Below are positions 29,996-39,039 of a stretch of DNA of 64,000 nucleotides, one piece after another. The DNA is taken from assembly GCA_018267135.1 (NCBI GenBank), contig JAFDZA010000015.1:29402-93401 (forward strand). Direction: 5' to 3'. Every line of letters begins with the position of its first letter. Position 1 is the first letter of the stretch. A model generated the notes under the pieces. That model was not told the origin of the DNA. It made no database searches and saw only the letters and a list, made by a program, of their open reading frames with translations. The DNA is from Bacteroidota bacterium. Lineage in GTDB: Bacteria > Bacteroidota > Bacteroidia > Cytophagales > Cyclobacteriaceae. Position numbers and translations under genes: made by a program.

Positions 29996-32900
29996 TTATT
30001 TAGCTATGTTTTTAGAGCGGCCATAGACCCACTCTACAATAAGAGGAAATACGTGTAAGGCCAAGATCATGTCGGTAAATAAGCCACCGATCACGACAAT
30101 AGCAAGCGGTTTTTGTGTTTCAGACCCGATGCCGGTACTGAGGGCAGCCGGACTTAATCCACAAATAGACATTAAAGCTGTCATAAATACGGGTCTTACT
30201 CTTCGCAAAGTTCCGTAAAATACCGCTTGCCGCAAGGTCATGCCTTCTTGCAGGTTTAGTTTAAATATAGAAATCAAGATTACCCCTGCTTGTACGGCAA
30301 TTCCAAACAGACAAATGAAGCCAATGCCCGCAGCAATACTGAAGTTGGTACCGGTAAGGTGTAGAGCCAATATTCCCCCCATCAATGAAAAAGGAACATT
30401 TAAAAATATTAAGGCGGCATCTCGTATGTTACCAAAAGCAGTAAAAAGAAGAATAAAAATTATGGCCAAACTGATGGGGATTACTTGCTTTAGGCGGGCA
30501 GTGGCTCTTACTTGGTTTTCAAATTCACCTCTCCACTCAATACTCATACCTTTTGGTAGCGAAGGCAAAATTTTGTTTATTCTTTTTTGAGCTTCGGCTA
30601 CGGTGCTGCCTAGATCGCGGCCACTTACCGAAAATTTTACAGCAATGAAGCGTCTGTTATTTTCCCGGTATAAAAAGGCATTTCCCGAAACGGCTTTAAT
30701 GTCGGCAATGCTGCCCAGTTTTACCTGGGTGTTATTTACGGTTGGCACTAATAGGTTGCCCAAAGCGGAAGGAGAGTTTCTGTACTCGGGCAGGTAGCGC
30801 ACGCGGATGTCGAACTTACGCTCCCCCTCAAATTTTTCGGTTACGGTTTTTCCGCCTACAGCCATTTCAATAACCGCGCTGGCATCAACGGTGGTTACTC
30901 CGTAAGCGGCCATCTTATCCTGATCGAGCAGGATTTGGATTTCAGGTTGCCCTTTGAGGTGAATAGTGCCCAAGTCGGCTACACCAGGCACTTTGCGTAG
31001 TTCATTGTTTACTATAGAAGCATAACTTTCCAGTTGCTCGGGGTCGTAGCCAAAAATTTTAACCGCCAGCGATCCTTTTACACCCGATACAGCTTCTTCC
31101 ACATTGTCCATAATCGGCTGAGAGAAATTAAAAATGATACCGGGGTATTCTTCTAAACGAATTCTCATTTCGGCAATTAAATCATCCTTGCTAATAGGGC
31201 GTTTCCATTCTTTTTTTGGTAAAAGCTCTGCATGCAACTCAATATTAAAAAAACCGGTAGCATCTGTTCCGTCATTAGGTCGGCCGGTTTGCGAGAGTAC
31301 GCGTTTCACTTCCGGGTATGAAGCCATAATGCTGCGCAGCTTTTCGCTGATGTCAATGCTTTGCTGTAAACTGGTGCTGTATGGCATTTGGGCGCGGATG
31401 TAGATGGCTCCTTCATTGAGATGGGGAAGAAATTCGGTTCCTAAGGTGAAGGCCGAAATGATGGCAATGATCCACGACAGAGCGGCTATTGAATAGCTAA
31501 CTTTTCTATTTTTATCCACCCAGGTAAGGGTACGTTCAAAAACCCACGATAACCCCCGAGTCATAAAAGTATGCTTTTCAACTACATTTTTATCCAATAA
31601 AAAACTTACTAATACAGGCACGATAGTAAGTGCAGAAATAAGGGCTCCGATTAATGCAAAACCAAGTGTAAAGGCCAGCGGTGAAAACATTTTACCTTCT
31701 ACACGCTGAAAAGCAAAAATAGGGATGAGAGCCGTGAGAATAATAAGAGCAGCAAAAAATACGGAACGAGATAAATTTCTGCCTGCTTTACGTAGTGTAC
31801 CTAATTTTAATATTTTATTGTAACGCTCCATGCCAAGTTCATGAGCTTTTTTGTCAAGTACAATAAAAAGACCTTCCGTCATAACCACGGTTCCATCTAC
31901 GATAATGCCAAAGTCTATGGCGCCCAGCGAGAGCAGGTTGGCCGACATGCCCATTAAACGCAAACAGAAGAATGCAAACAGTAATGCAAAGGGAATAGTG
32001 AATGAGGCTACCAGCGTAGCTCGCCAGTCGCCTAGAAACAGCATTACTACTAAACAGACTAAAAACATCCCCTCCAGCAAATTGTGGGTTACGGTTTCAA
32101 CGGTGTAATTGATCAGGTTAGAGCGATCGTAAAACGGAACGATTTTTAAATCGCCCGGCAGTACATTCTCGTTCAGGTCTTTAATTTTTTCTTTCAGGGC
32201 GGCAATAACCGGGCTCGGGTTTTCGCCTTTGCGTAAGATAACAATTCCTTCTACCGTATTTTTTATGGAATCGCGCCCCACATACCCCAGCGGAGGCAGG
32301 TTAGATTCTTGCACTTTGCCCACATCTTTTAAAAATACGGGCGATCCTCCGTAGGTATCGATAATGACGTTGCGAATACTATTAATATCGGTTAGCAGCC
32401 CGATACCTCGCACTACATAGGCCTGCTGGCTGTGGGTAATGACATCGCCCCCTACGTTGATGTTGCTTTTAGAAACCGCATTGAACACATCGGATATGGT
32501 AATATCGTAACGAACGAGCAGAGCCGGATCAATTGATATCTCGTATGTTTTTACTTCTCCGCCAAAGCTCACGAGATCGGCCACCCCGGGTACGGATTTG
32601 ATCCCCCGGTCAATGACCCAATCCATAACGGATTTCATATCGCGGGCATTGAACTGTTTAGACTCCAGCGTGAACCGGTAAATTTCGTCTGTTGGCCCTT
32701 GCGGTGGATTTAGAGTAGGCTGAACATTGTCTGGAAAATCTACATTGGCCAACCGGTTAATAACATATTGGCGGCCTTCAAAGTCTTGCACGTTGTCATC
32801 AAAAATGATATACACCACCGACAATCCAAATAAAGAAATAGATCGTACCTGGGTGCGCTTCGGCACGGTGTTCATTTCGATTTCAATCGGGATGGTGATA

Positions 32901-33100
32901 AACCGCTCAATCTCCTGTGCGCTTCGGCCCGGCCATTGCGTAATAACGGTAATGCGCGTGTTGGTTAGATCAGGAAATGCAACGATGGGGGTATTTAAGT
33001 AGGCAATGTAGCCGGCAATAATCAGGGCTACGGCCATCAGCAGTACATACACCCGGTTGTGTAAAGAAAATGTAATGATCCCTTTTAGTAGGCGAAGCAT
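29996..33100 (-). CDS. CusA/CzcA family heavy-metal RND efflux permease
   Basis: 1034 aa; AFPDLTN, GAIDFGIIVDG, RVRPVFMT, GSETQKPLA motifs. Confidence 0.92.
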   Translation of the reverse strand: MLRLLKGIITFSLHNRVYVLLMAVALIIAGYIAYLNTPIVAFPDLTNTRITVITQWPGRSAQEIERFITIPIEIEMNTVPKRTQVRSISLFGLSVVYIIFDDNVQDFEGRQYVINRLANVDFPDNVQPTLNPPQGPTDEIYRFTLESKQFNARDMKSVMDWVIDRGIKSVPGVADLVSFGGEVKTYEISIDPALLVRYDITISDVFNAVSKSNINVGGDVITHSQQAYVVRGIGLLTDINSIRNVIIDTYGGSPVFLKDVGKVQESNLPPLGYVGRDSIKNTVEGIVILRKGENPSPVIAALKEKIKDLNENVLPGDLKIVPFYDRSNLINYTVETVTHNLLEGMFLVCLVVMLFLGDWRATLVASFTIPFALLFAFFCLRLMGMSANLLSLGAIDFGIIVDGTVVMTEGLFIVLDKKAHELGMERYNKILKLGTLRKAGRNLSRSVFFAALIILTALIPIFAFQRVEGKMFSPLAFTLGFALIGALISALTIVPVLVSFLLDKNVVEKHTFMTRGLSWVFERTLTWVDKNRKVSYSIAALSWIIAIISAFTLGTEFLPHLNEGAIYIRAQMPYSTSLQQSIDISEKLRSIMASYPEVKRVLSQTGRPNDGTDATGFFNIELHAELLPKKEWKRPISKDDLIAEMRIRLEEYPGIIFNFSQPIMDNVEEAVSGVKGSLAVKIFGYDPEQLESYASIVNNELRKVPGVADLGTIHLKGQPEIQILLDQDKMAAYGVTTVDASAVIEMAVGGKTVTEKFEGERKFDIRVRYLPEYRNSPSALGNLLVPTVNNTQVKLGSIADIKAVSGNAFLYRENNRRFIAVKFSVSGRDLGSTVAEAQKRINKILPSLPKGMSIEWRGEFENQVRATARLKQVIPISLAIIFILLFTAFGNIRDAALIFLNVPFSLMGGILALHLTGTNFSIAAGIGFICLFGIAVQAGVILISIFKLNLQEGMTLRQAVFYGTLRRVRPVFMTALMSICGLSPAALSTGIGSETQKPLAIVVIGGLFTDMILALHVFPLIVEWVYGRSKNIAK

Positions 33101-33106
33101 AATAAA

Positions 33107-34195
33107 TTAATTGAGACCGCTTAGTTCGTTGTAAATTAAAAGTTGGTATTTAGACACGATTACCGTGCCGGGGGTAATCGTGTTGTTGAGGTACATGGTA
33201 TTTCCAACGATCGATTGCGGGCTGATCGGCAACACTTCCAGATGGCATTTGTCTTTATAGGCCACCACAAAATAGCGGTTCTCATTGAAGATAGAAGCCT
33301 CTGCCGGGATTGCCGAAAGATCGCGCTCGATGGGGGCATGCACGGTAACGGTGGCATACATTTCCGGCTGCAGTTTAAAATCGGGGTTATCAATAATTAC
33401 GCGCACTTTGTTGGCTTTAGTAGAGGGGTCTATCGTGCGCGAGATTTTGTTCACCTTGCCTTTATAGGTTTTTTCGTAAGCCAGTGTTTTTACATCTACG
33501 GGGTCGCCCACTTCAATGCCCTCCAGGTCGCGCTCAAAAGCGTTGCCCAGCACCCATACTTCTTTTAAATCGGAAATGGTAAGCGCATAGTCTGACGCAT
33601 CCGGACGGATAATGGTGCCTTCAGTAATTTTTTTCTCTACAATAAATCCCGGAATGGGAGATTTTAAATAGTAAAATTCGGCACTTCCTCCGCCATAAAG
33701 AGACAATACTTGTTTAATGCGGTTTACTTCTGCTTCGGCTACTTTTGTGTTATCGCGCGCTACGGATAAGTCTTTTTCGGAGGCTGCTCCCGACTTAAAA
33801 AGTTCTTCGGTAAAATCCTGGGTGCGTTTGGCGATGGAGAGGTTGGCCAGGGAGGTGGCGTATTGCGAATTGTAGGCGGCAATATCCGAACTTTTAATCT
33901 TTGCTAAAACCTGACCGGGCTGAACATAATCGCCCAGCGAAACGGTTACGTCTTGTACAATACCCGATACCGGAGGAAACACGTGCACCACTTTGTCTTC
34001 ATCAAAGGAAATTTTTCCCGTCATGCGCACTTCGCGAAACAGCGGCTTGGTTTTTACGGTATCAAACCGGATAATTTTGGCCAGCGAATCAGACAAGCAG
34101 TAGCCGGCTGTTTGGGTTTTGTTTTTATCGGGCTTGCCACAACCCACGGCCAGCAAGAGCAGGATAAAGAAAACCGAGAAAGAAAATCGTATCAT
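33107..34195 (-). CDS. RND periplasmic adaptor (membrane fusion protein)
   Basis: Lipobox AVGC; biotinyl-lipoyl-like VSLGDYVQPGQVLAKI; LKSPIPG; between TolC and RND genes. Confidence 0.92.
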   Translation of the reverse strand: MIRFSFSVFFILLLLAVGCGKPDKNKTQTAGYCLSDSLAKIIRFDTVKTKPLFREVRMTGKISFDEDKVVHVFPPVSGIVQDVTVSLGDYVQPGQVLAKIKSSDIAAYNSQYATSLANLSIAKRTQDFTEELFKSGAASEKDLSVARDNTKVAEAEVNRIKQVLSLYGGGSAEFYYLKSPIPGFIVEKKITEGTIIRPDASDYALTISDLKEVWVLGNAFERDLEGIEVGDPVDVKTLAYEKTYKGKVNKISRTIDPSTKANKVRVIIDNPDFKLQPEMYATVTVHAPIERDLSAIPAEASIFNENRYFVVAYKDKCHLEVLPISPQSIVGNTMYLNNTITPGTVIVSKYQLLIYNELSGLN

Positions 34196-34199
34196 AAGT

Positions 34200-35519
34200 T
34201 TATTTCGTGTTTATTACTTCCGTGCCAACTTTAAAATTTAACAGCTCCATGGCTTCAAAATAATCTTGCTCCAGATTGAAGGAAGAAAGTTTAGTGTCGC
34301 GATAGGTTTCAAAAAAATCAATGAACTCAATCAGGCCGATTACCCTTCGTTGGAAATTAATCAACAACTTTTTGAAATAGGTATCAAACTTACCAATGAA
34401 GGGGCGGTCAAAACTTTCGTAAGCACTTTTGCTGTTTTGCAACTGGCTATAGGCAGCTACCACTTCGTTGTTTACCTGCTTTTGATAATTAGAGTAACTC
34501 GACTGCTGCGATTTAACCGATTCTTTGGCATTGCGGATGTTGCCCTGGTTTTGGTTGAGCAAAGGCAAACTTACGCGCAATCCTAACCCGATGTAGTCAA
34601 TAATATAGTTGGAATACCGGGTGTAGTTAACTGTAACATCGGCATCGGGTACGGCTAATGATTTTTGCAGGCGCACGTTCATTTCGGCTGCCCGGAACTG
34701 GCCTTCCATGGCTTTTAAGTCGGCCCGTTTTTCCTGTGCGGTTTCAAGCAAAGGCTCGACTACCGGTGGAATAGGCCGTGAGTAGATGGCGGTATCGCGA
34801 ACAGCCACCAGATATACATTGGGTTTCACGCCCAGTAAGGTTTTCATTTCGGCTTGTGTGTCGGCTGATTGTTTCAAAAAATCGCGCTTCATCATTTGCA
34901 AAGAAAACTCTAACGCTTGCAGGCGGATTAAATCTTTTTCGGCAAAATTCCCTTTCAGCAATTGTTCTTGTGTAATGTTTACCAGCCGGTCGGCCGCTAC
35001 AATTTCTTCGTTCAGCAGTTTGATGGATTGCTGAAACTGAATGAGCAACGAAAAATCATCGCGAAGAGTGTATTTTAAACTACGCAGGGCATCATAAAAA
35101 ACGTATTCGGCAATTTCGGCATTGATCCGGTTTAATTTTACCAGGTTACTGCGTTTGCCAGCCGTTTTAATTACCTGATCAATAGATCCGATGGTTTCAT
35201 TGCCCATGTATTGCCCGTTGGCATTTACCTGGTCGCTGGGGAAGTAAGCAAAGAACTTTCGGGTTTGCCCGTTATACGGGTTGGTTTCCAAATACATGGA
35301 AGGGTTATCCCACAATTTGGCCTGAAGTACCAAGGCCCGGGCAGCCGAGATATCGTATTGCCGGGCCAGCAAAATCAAATTTTGGCTGATCATGATTTTT
35401 TCGGCATCAGCTAATGCAAGCGTGAGCGTATCGGGCACGGAAGAAACATTGTTACCTTGTGCATAAACCGAACCCACTAAATGAATGAAAATAACAAACC
35501 CTAAGAGCCTTAAATACAT
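34200..35519 (-). CDS. TolC-family outer-membrane efflux protein (CzcC-like)
   Basis: Signal peptide, AKLWDNP, LPLLNQNQGNI; first gene of the tripartite pump operon. Confidence 0.88.
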   Translation of the reverse strand: MYLRLLGFVIFIHLVGSVYAQGNNVSSVPDTLTLALADAEKIMISQNLILLARQYDISAARALVLQAKLWDNPSMYLETNPYNGQTRKFFAYFPSDQVNANGQYMGNETIGSIDQVIKTAGKRSNLVKLNRINAEIAEYVFYDALRSLKYTLRDDFSLLIQFQQSIKLLNEEIVAADRLVNITQEQLLKGNFAEKDLIRLQALEFSLQMMKRDFLKQSADTQAEMKTLLGVKPNVYLVAVRDTAIYSRPIPPVVEPLLETAQEKRADLKAMEGQFRAAEMNVRLQKSLAVPDADVTVNYTRYSNYIIDYIGLGLRVSLPLLNQNQGNIRNAKESVKSQQSSYSNYQKQVNNEVVAAYSQLQNSKSAYESFDRPFIGKFDTYFKKLLINFQRRVIGLIEFIDFFETYRDTKLSSFNLEQDYFEAMELLNFKVGTEVINTK

Positions 35520-35790
35520 TACCGGAAATTTTAGTGCAACAATCTAAAAGAATAATAAAACGGTGTTACAAAGAAAGTTAAAATTGAATTAAATACAGCG
35601 TACGGAGCCTGCCAAGAGGAGCTTACTGTAATTATTCAGGAGGGAAAGTGCCAACAGATACTTTTACCATATATTTGGTTTCATTGCCCTCAACGGCAGA
35701 AAGAGGTTGGTGTTGCCTGATTATAAAAAAAATATTTTTACCGAAATGAAATGTACTACACCGAGAGTATTAGCATAGCATCCCCCCCGG

Positions 35791-38280
35791 TTAATTTCTT
35801 TTGATTAGTACGCCCGGAAAGTGGGCTATTGCCTTCTGATCGTGGTACACCAGTTGGCCATTTACCCACACGTATTCGATACCGGCCGATAGTGCCGTGG
35901 GGTTTTCAATCGTAGCATGATCTATTACCGTATCCGGATTAAATAATACCAGATCGGCAAAATACCCGGGCGCAATTAATCCCCGGTTTTGCAGCCCTGC
36001 ATTTTCGGCTGCCAGGCTTGTCATTTTTTGTATGGCTGTTTCTAGTGGCATCCGTTTTTGTTCGCGCACGTAACGGCCCAGCACCCGTGTAAACGATCCG
36101 TGCCCGCGCGGATGCCCGCGCATAGTTCCGTCTGAGCAAAAACTGGTATAGGGCCACTTCATAAAATTACTGATGTCGGATTCGCTCATACTTTTAGCTA
36201 CGATGGTGCTGCCCAGCCCGGGGGCAGCGCTTTCGCGTATAATGCGCATCAATGCCTGGGCAGAAGTTTCTTGGTTGAGAGCGGCTATTTCGCTTACGGT
36301 TTTTCCCTGCCAGGCCGGCTGAGGCGGGTAGCGCACCATTACCGAAGCAGCTGGATCGAATAATTCCCGAGTGGCAAATTCGGCACTGGCCAGGTTTTCA
36401 AAATCTTTTTTAGGGAAAAGTACACGTGGGGTAGAGTTCCACATGGTGTAAGGGTAAACATCGGCCGTAATTTCTACACCCTGCTGCCGGGCCTGATTGA
36501 GTTGACGAAGAATTTTTTCCGCATTGCCCCACTTGCTGCGCATGGCAATTTTAATATGTGTAACCTGCACCGGTATTTTGGCTTCCCGGCCAATATGAAT
36601 AATTTCTTCCAAGGCTTCTTCCAGATTCAGGTCTTCACTGCGCAGGTGGCTGATGTATCGCCCTCCATATTGGGCAGCTGTTTTTGCTAAGGCTACTACT
36701 TCCTCGCGGGTACTGTAAAAAGCCGCTTCGTATTCCAGGCCAGTGCTTAACCCTAACGAACCTCTTTTCATTTCGTGCGCTAATAGTACTTTCATTGAGT
36801 CTATTTCGGCCGGAGTTGCTTTGCGCAGCACATCGCCTTTCATTACTTTTTCGCGTAATGAAGCTTGCCCGGTAAAAGAGGCAAGATTGATACTTACCGG
36901 AGTTTTTTGAATTGCCAACTGAAGGGAGTCTATCAGATCGGAACTTCCATCTTGCCCCACCACAATTGTGGTAACTCCCTGACTGGTTACCGCCAGTGCC
37001 GAAGGATTTTGGCTGAGCCCTCCGTCATGGTGGCTGTGGTTATCAATAAAGCCCGGGGCTAAAATATTTCCATCTCCATTGGTAACTGATTCTCCTGTAA
37101 AGGGAGTTAATGCGCCTACTTGCCAAATCCGGTTGTTTAGTATGCGCACGCTTCCGGTGGTGGCCGGTAAACCGGTGCCATCTATAATTTTTACATGGGT
37201 AATCAGATGTGTCTGCGGTAGTGAATAAGATTTGTCTTCCCATATTTTTTTTATTAATTCATGCGCCTGCATGTTAGTCGAGTTATCCAACACAATAATC
37301 GTCTGATTCTTGTCGAGGTACCGGGTTATCTCGGTGCGAAACCCAACCCATCCACCGGTGTGTGAAACTATTTTTCCTCCTTCGCGGATAAACCACCCGA
37401 ACCCATAGCCGGTACTTTTGCCATTGTTCAGTTTGCCCGGAGTAAGGGCAGCAGCAAATGTTTCTTTTGTAACCGGCTTTCCTGCATAAAGCGCCTGATC
37501 CCATTTATATAAATCTTCGGCTGATGTGTACACATTGCCATCGCCCGTTATACCGTCTAAGCGAATTAAATCGTTCAGTAGGAATTGATTGCCGTCATAG
37601 CTAAAACCCTTTACGCGCGATGCCGGGCTCGACTTCATTTTAATTGTATAAATGTAGGTGTTACTAAGGTGGAGCGGGGTTGCTATGTGCATCTTAAAAT
37701 ATTGATCAACGGGAATCCCGGAAATTTTTTCAATAACAGAGGCCAGTGTGGTGTAGTTGGTGTTGCAATATTGCCAGCGTTCGCCTGGCATAAATTCAAG
37801 TGCCGGTTTTTTAGTGACCAGTAATTCTAACAAGGATTGATTGGTAAGCGTATCTAGCGGGTTCATGGCTCCTTGCGCTATATCAAAATATTCGGGTAAG
37901 CCCGAAGTCTGGTTTAGAAGGTGGCGAAGGGTAATGTTGCCATAAGGAAATTCGGGTAGATATTTTTGTACAGCATCATCGTATTGTAGTTTTCCTTGTT
38001 CTTTCAACTTCATAATCTGGACAGCATAAAACTGTTTGCTAATGGAGGCAAGGTTAAAAGCCGAAGTAGCGGTAAGAGGTGCTTGGGTAGATGGCTCGGC
38101 TATACCCAATGCTTTTTTATAAAGTATTTTCCCTTTTTCACCAATTAATACAACCCCATTAAATAAGTGCCGCTGGTACAGGTAAGTAAGGACTGAATCA
38201 ATGCGCACGATTTTAGATGGGTGTTGTGCGCAGGCCATACTAGGTATCCACAATAACAGAAGAAGAGTATATTTTTTCAT
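35791..38280 (-). CDS. Fusion: beta-lactamase-like serine hydrolase + N-acyl-D-amino-acid deacylase (amidohydrolase)
   Basis: N-half SISK (SxxK), YCN (YxN), HTGG; C-half PGFIDNHSH, HLRSE, HIKI, CSDG, ADLVLF. Likely start ATG 38280. Confidence 0.82.
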   Translation of the reverse strand: MKKYTLLLLLWIPSMACAQHPSKIVRIDSVLTYLYQRHLFNGVVLIGEKGKILYKKALGIAEPSTQAPLTATSAFNLASISKQFYAVQIMKLKEQGKLQYDDAVQKYLPEFPYGNITLRHLLNQTSGLPEYFDIAQGAMNPLDTLTNQSLLELLVTKKPALEFMPGERWQYCNTNYTTLASVIEKISGIPVDQYFKMHIATPLHLSNTYIYTIKMKSSPASRVKGFSYDGNQFLLNDLIRLDGITGDGNVYTSAEDLYKWDQALYAGKPVTKETFAAALTPGKLNNGKSTGYGFGWFIREGGKIVSHTGGWVGFRTEITRYLDKNQTIIVLDNSTNMQAHELIKKIWEDKSYSLPQTHLITHVKIIDGTGLPATTGSVRILNNRIWQVGALTPFTGESVTNGDGNILAPGFIDNHSHHDGGLSQNPSALAVTSQGVTTIVVGQDGSSDLIDSLQLAIQKTPVSINLASFTGQASLREKVMKGDVLRKATPAEIDSMKVLLAHEMKRGSLGLSTGLEYEAAFYSTREEVVALAKTAAQYGGRYISHLRSEDLNLEEALEEIIHIGREAKIPVQVTHIKIAMRSKWGNAEKILRQLNQARQQGVEITADVYPYTMWNSTPRVLFPKKDFENLASAEFATRELFDPAASVMVRYPPQPAWQGKTVSEIAALNQETSAQALMRIIRESAAPGLGSTIVAKSMSESDISNFMKWPYTSFCSDGTMRGHPRGHGSFTRVLGRYVREQKRMPLETAIQKMTSLAAENAGLQNRGLIAPGYFADLVLFNPDTVIDHATIENPTALSAGIEYVWVNGQLVYHDQKAIAHFPGVLIKRN

Positions 38281-38405
38281 AGCTCGAAAAGAAAAGAAAT
38301 GTAACGCATAATTCAAAATTATTCAATGGCTAAACAGACAACAGAATAAGCGCAGGTAAACAAGAAATTTTACTTTGAAATGCGGGGTTAATGTCATATC
38401 TACGT

Positions 38406-38419
38406 ATGACGAAAATCAT
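38406..38419. promoter_or_regulatory. Putative CRP/FNR-family site upstream of the nos operon
   Basis: ATGACGAAAATCAT = ATGAY-N4-RTCAT; a second copy lies at 44867. Confidence 0.5.
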
Positions 38420-38533
38420 GTTTATGTCTTTCTACCCCTACCTACTTTTATGATGTAAAATTTTGATGACAACAAGGTTTACGCTGAAACTCAAATGACC
38501 AATGAAAACACACTTTAAACTATAAACTAAACT

Positions 38534-39016
38534 ATGAAACACGTGTTATTAATGGGATTGGCAGCACTACTGTTTGCGTGTGCTCCCGACCGATCTAAAA
38601 AAAATGCGGAAGATTATCCCGACCAACCGGCACAACCTACCACCAAGTCGGCTGTGGAAGAAGTGATTGCAAACCCCACAAAGGGTATTGGGGCAGTAAA
38701 GAGCGTAACACTTAAAACGCCATTGGAAAAAGAAAGAGTAGATCGGGGCTCGGCCATCTATGAAATGAAATGCCAGGCATGCCATAAACTAACTACCGAG
38801 CGGCTGGTGGGCCCGGGCTGGAAAGATGTTACCCAGAGAAGACACCCCGAGTGGATTATGAACATGATTACCAATGTGGATGTGATGCTTGAAAAAGATA
38901 ATGAAGCCCAAAAAATGCTTGAGCTTTGTCTGGTAAGAATGCCCAATCAAAACATTTCCATTGGCGATGCCCGCGATGTGCTCGAGTTTATGCGCAATAA
39001 CGATGGACAGAAATAA
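38534..39016 (+). CDS. Monoheme cytochrome c lipoprotein of clade II nos cluster
   Basis: Lipobox LFAC, CQACH heme motif, distal RMP; directly upstream of nosZ. Confidence 0.88.
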   Translation: MKHVLLMGLAALLFACAPDRSKKNAEDYPDQPAQPTTKSAVEEVIANPTKGIGAVKSVTLKTPLEKERVDRGSAIYEMKCQACHKLTTERLVGPGWKDVTQRRHPEWIMNMITNVDVMLEKDNEAQKMLELCLVRMPNQNISIGDARDVLEFMRNNDGQK

Positions 39017-39039
39017 AAACCAAACTAAATATACCTACC

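Noticed and set aside
35565-35593. GTTACA/GTTAAA/ATTAAA repeats upstream of tolC as an OmpR-type box
   Set aside because: Spacing is 12 then 11 bp in AT-rich DNA; too weak to support.
35520-35790. Possible riboswitch, sRNA or small ORF in the 270-bp gap before the RND operon
   Set aside because: No recognisable conserved RNA motif or convincing ORF; an Rfam search would be needed.
38442-38451. CTACTTTTAT in the nos promoter as another Rrf2 operator
   Set aside because: Only a half-site; the matching left arm is absent.
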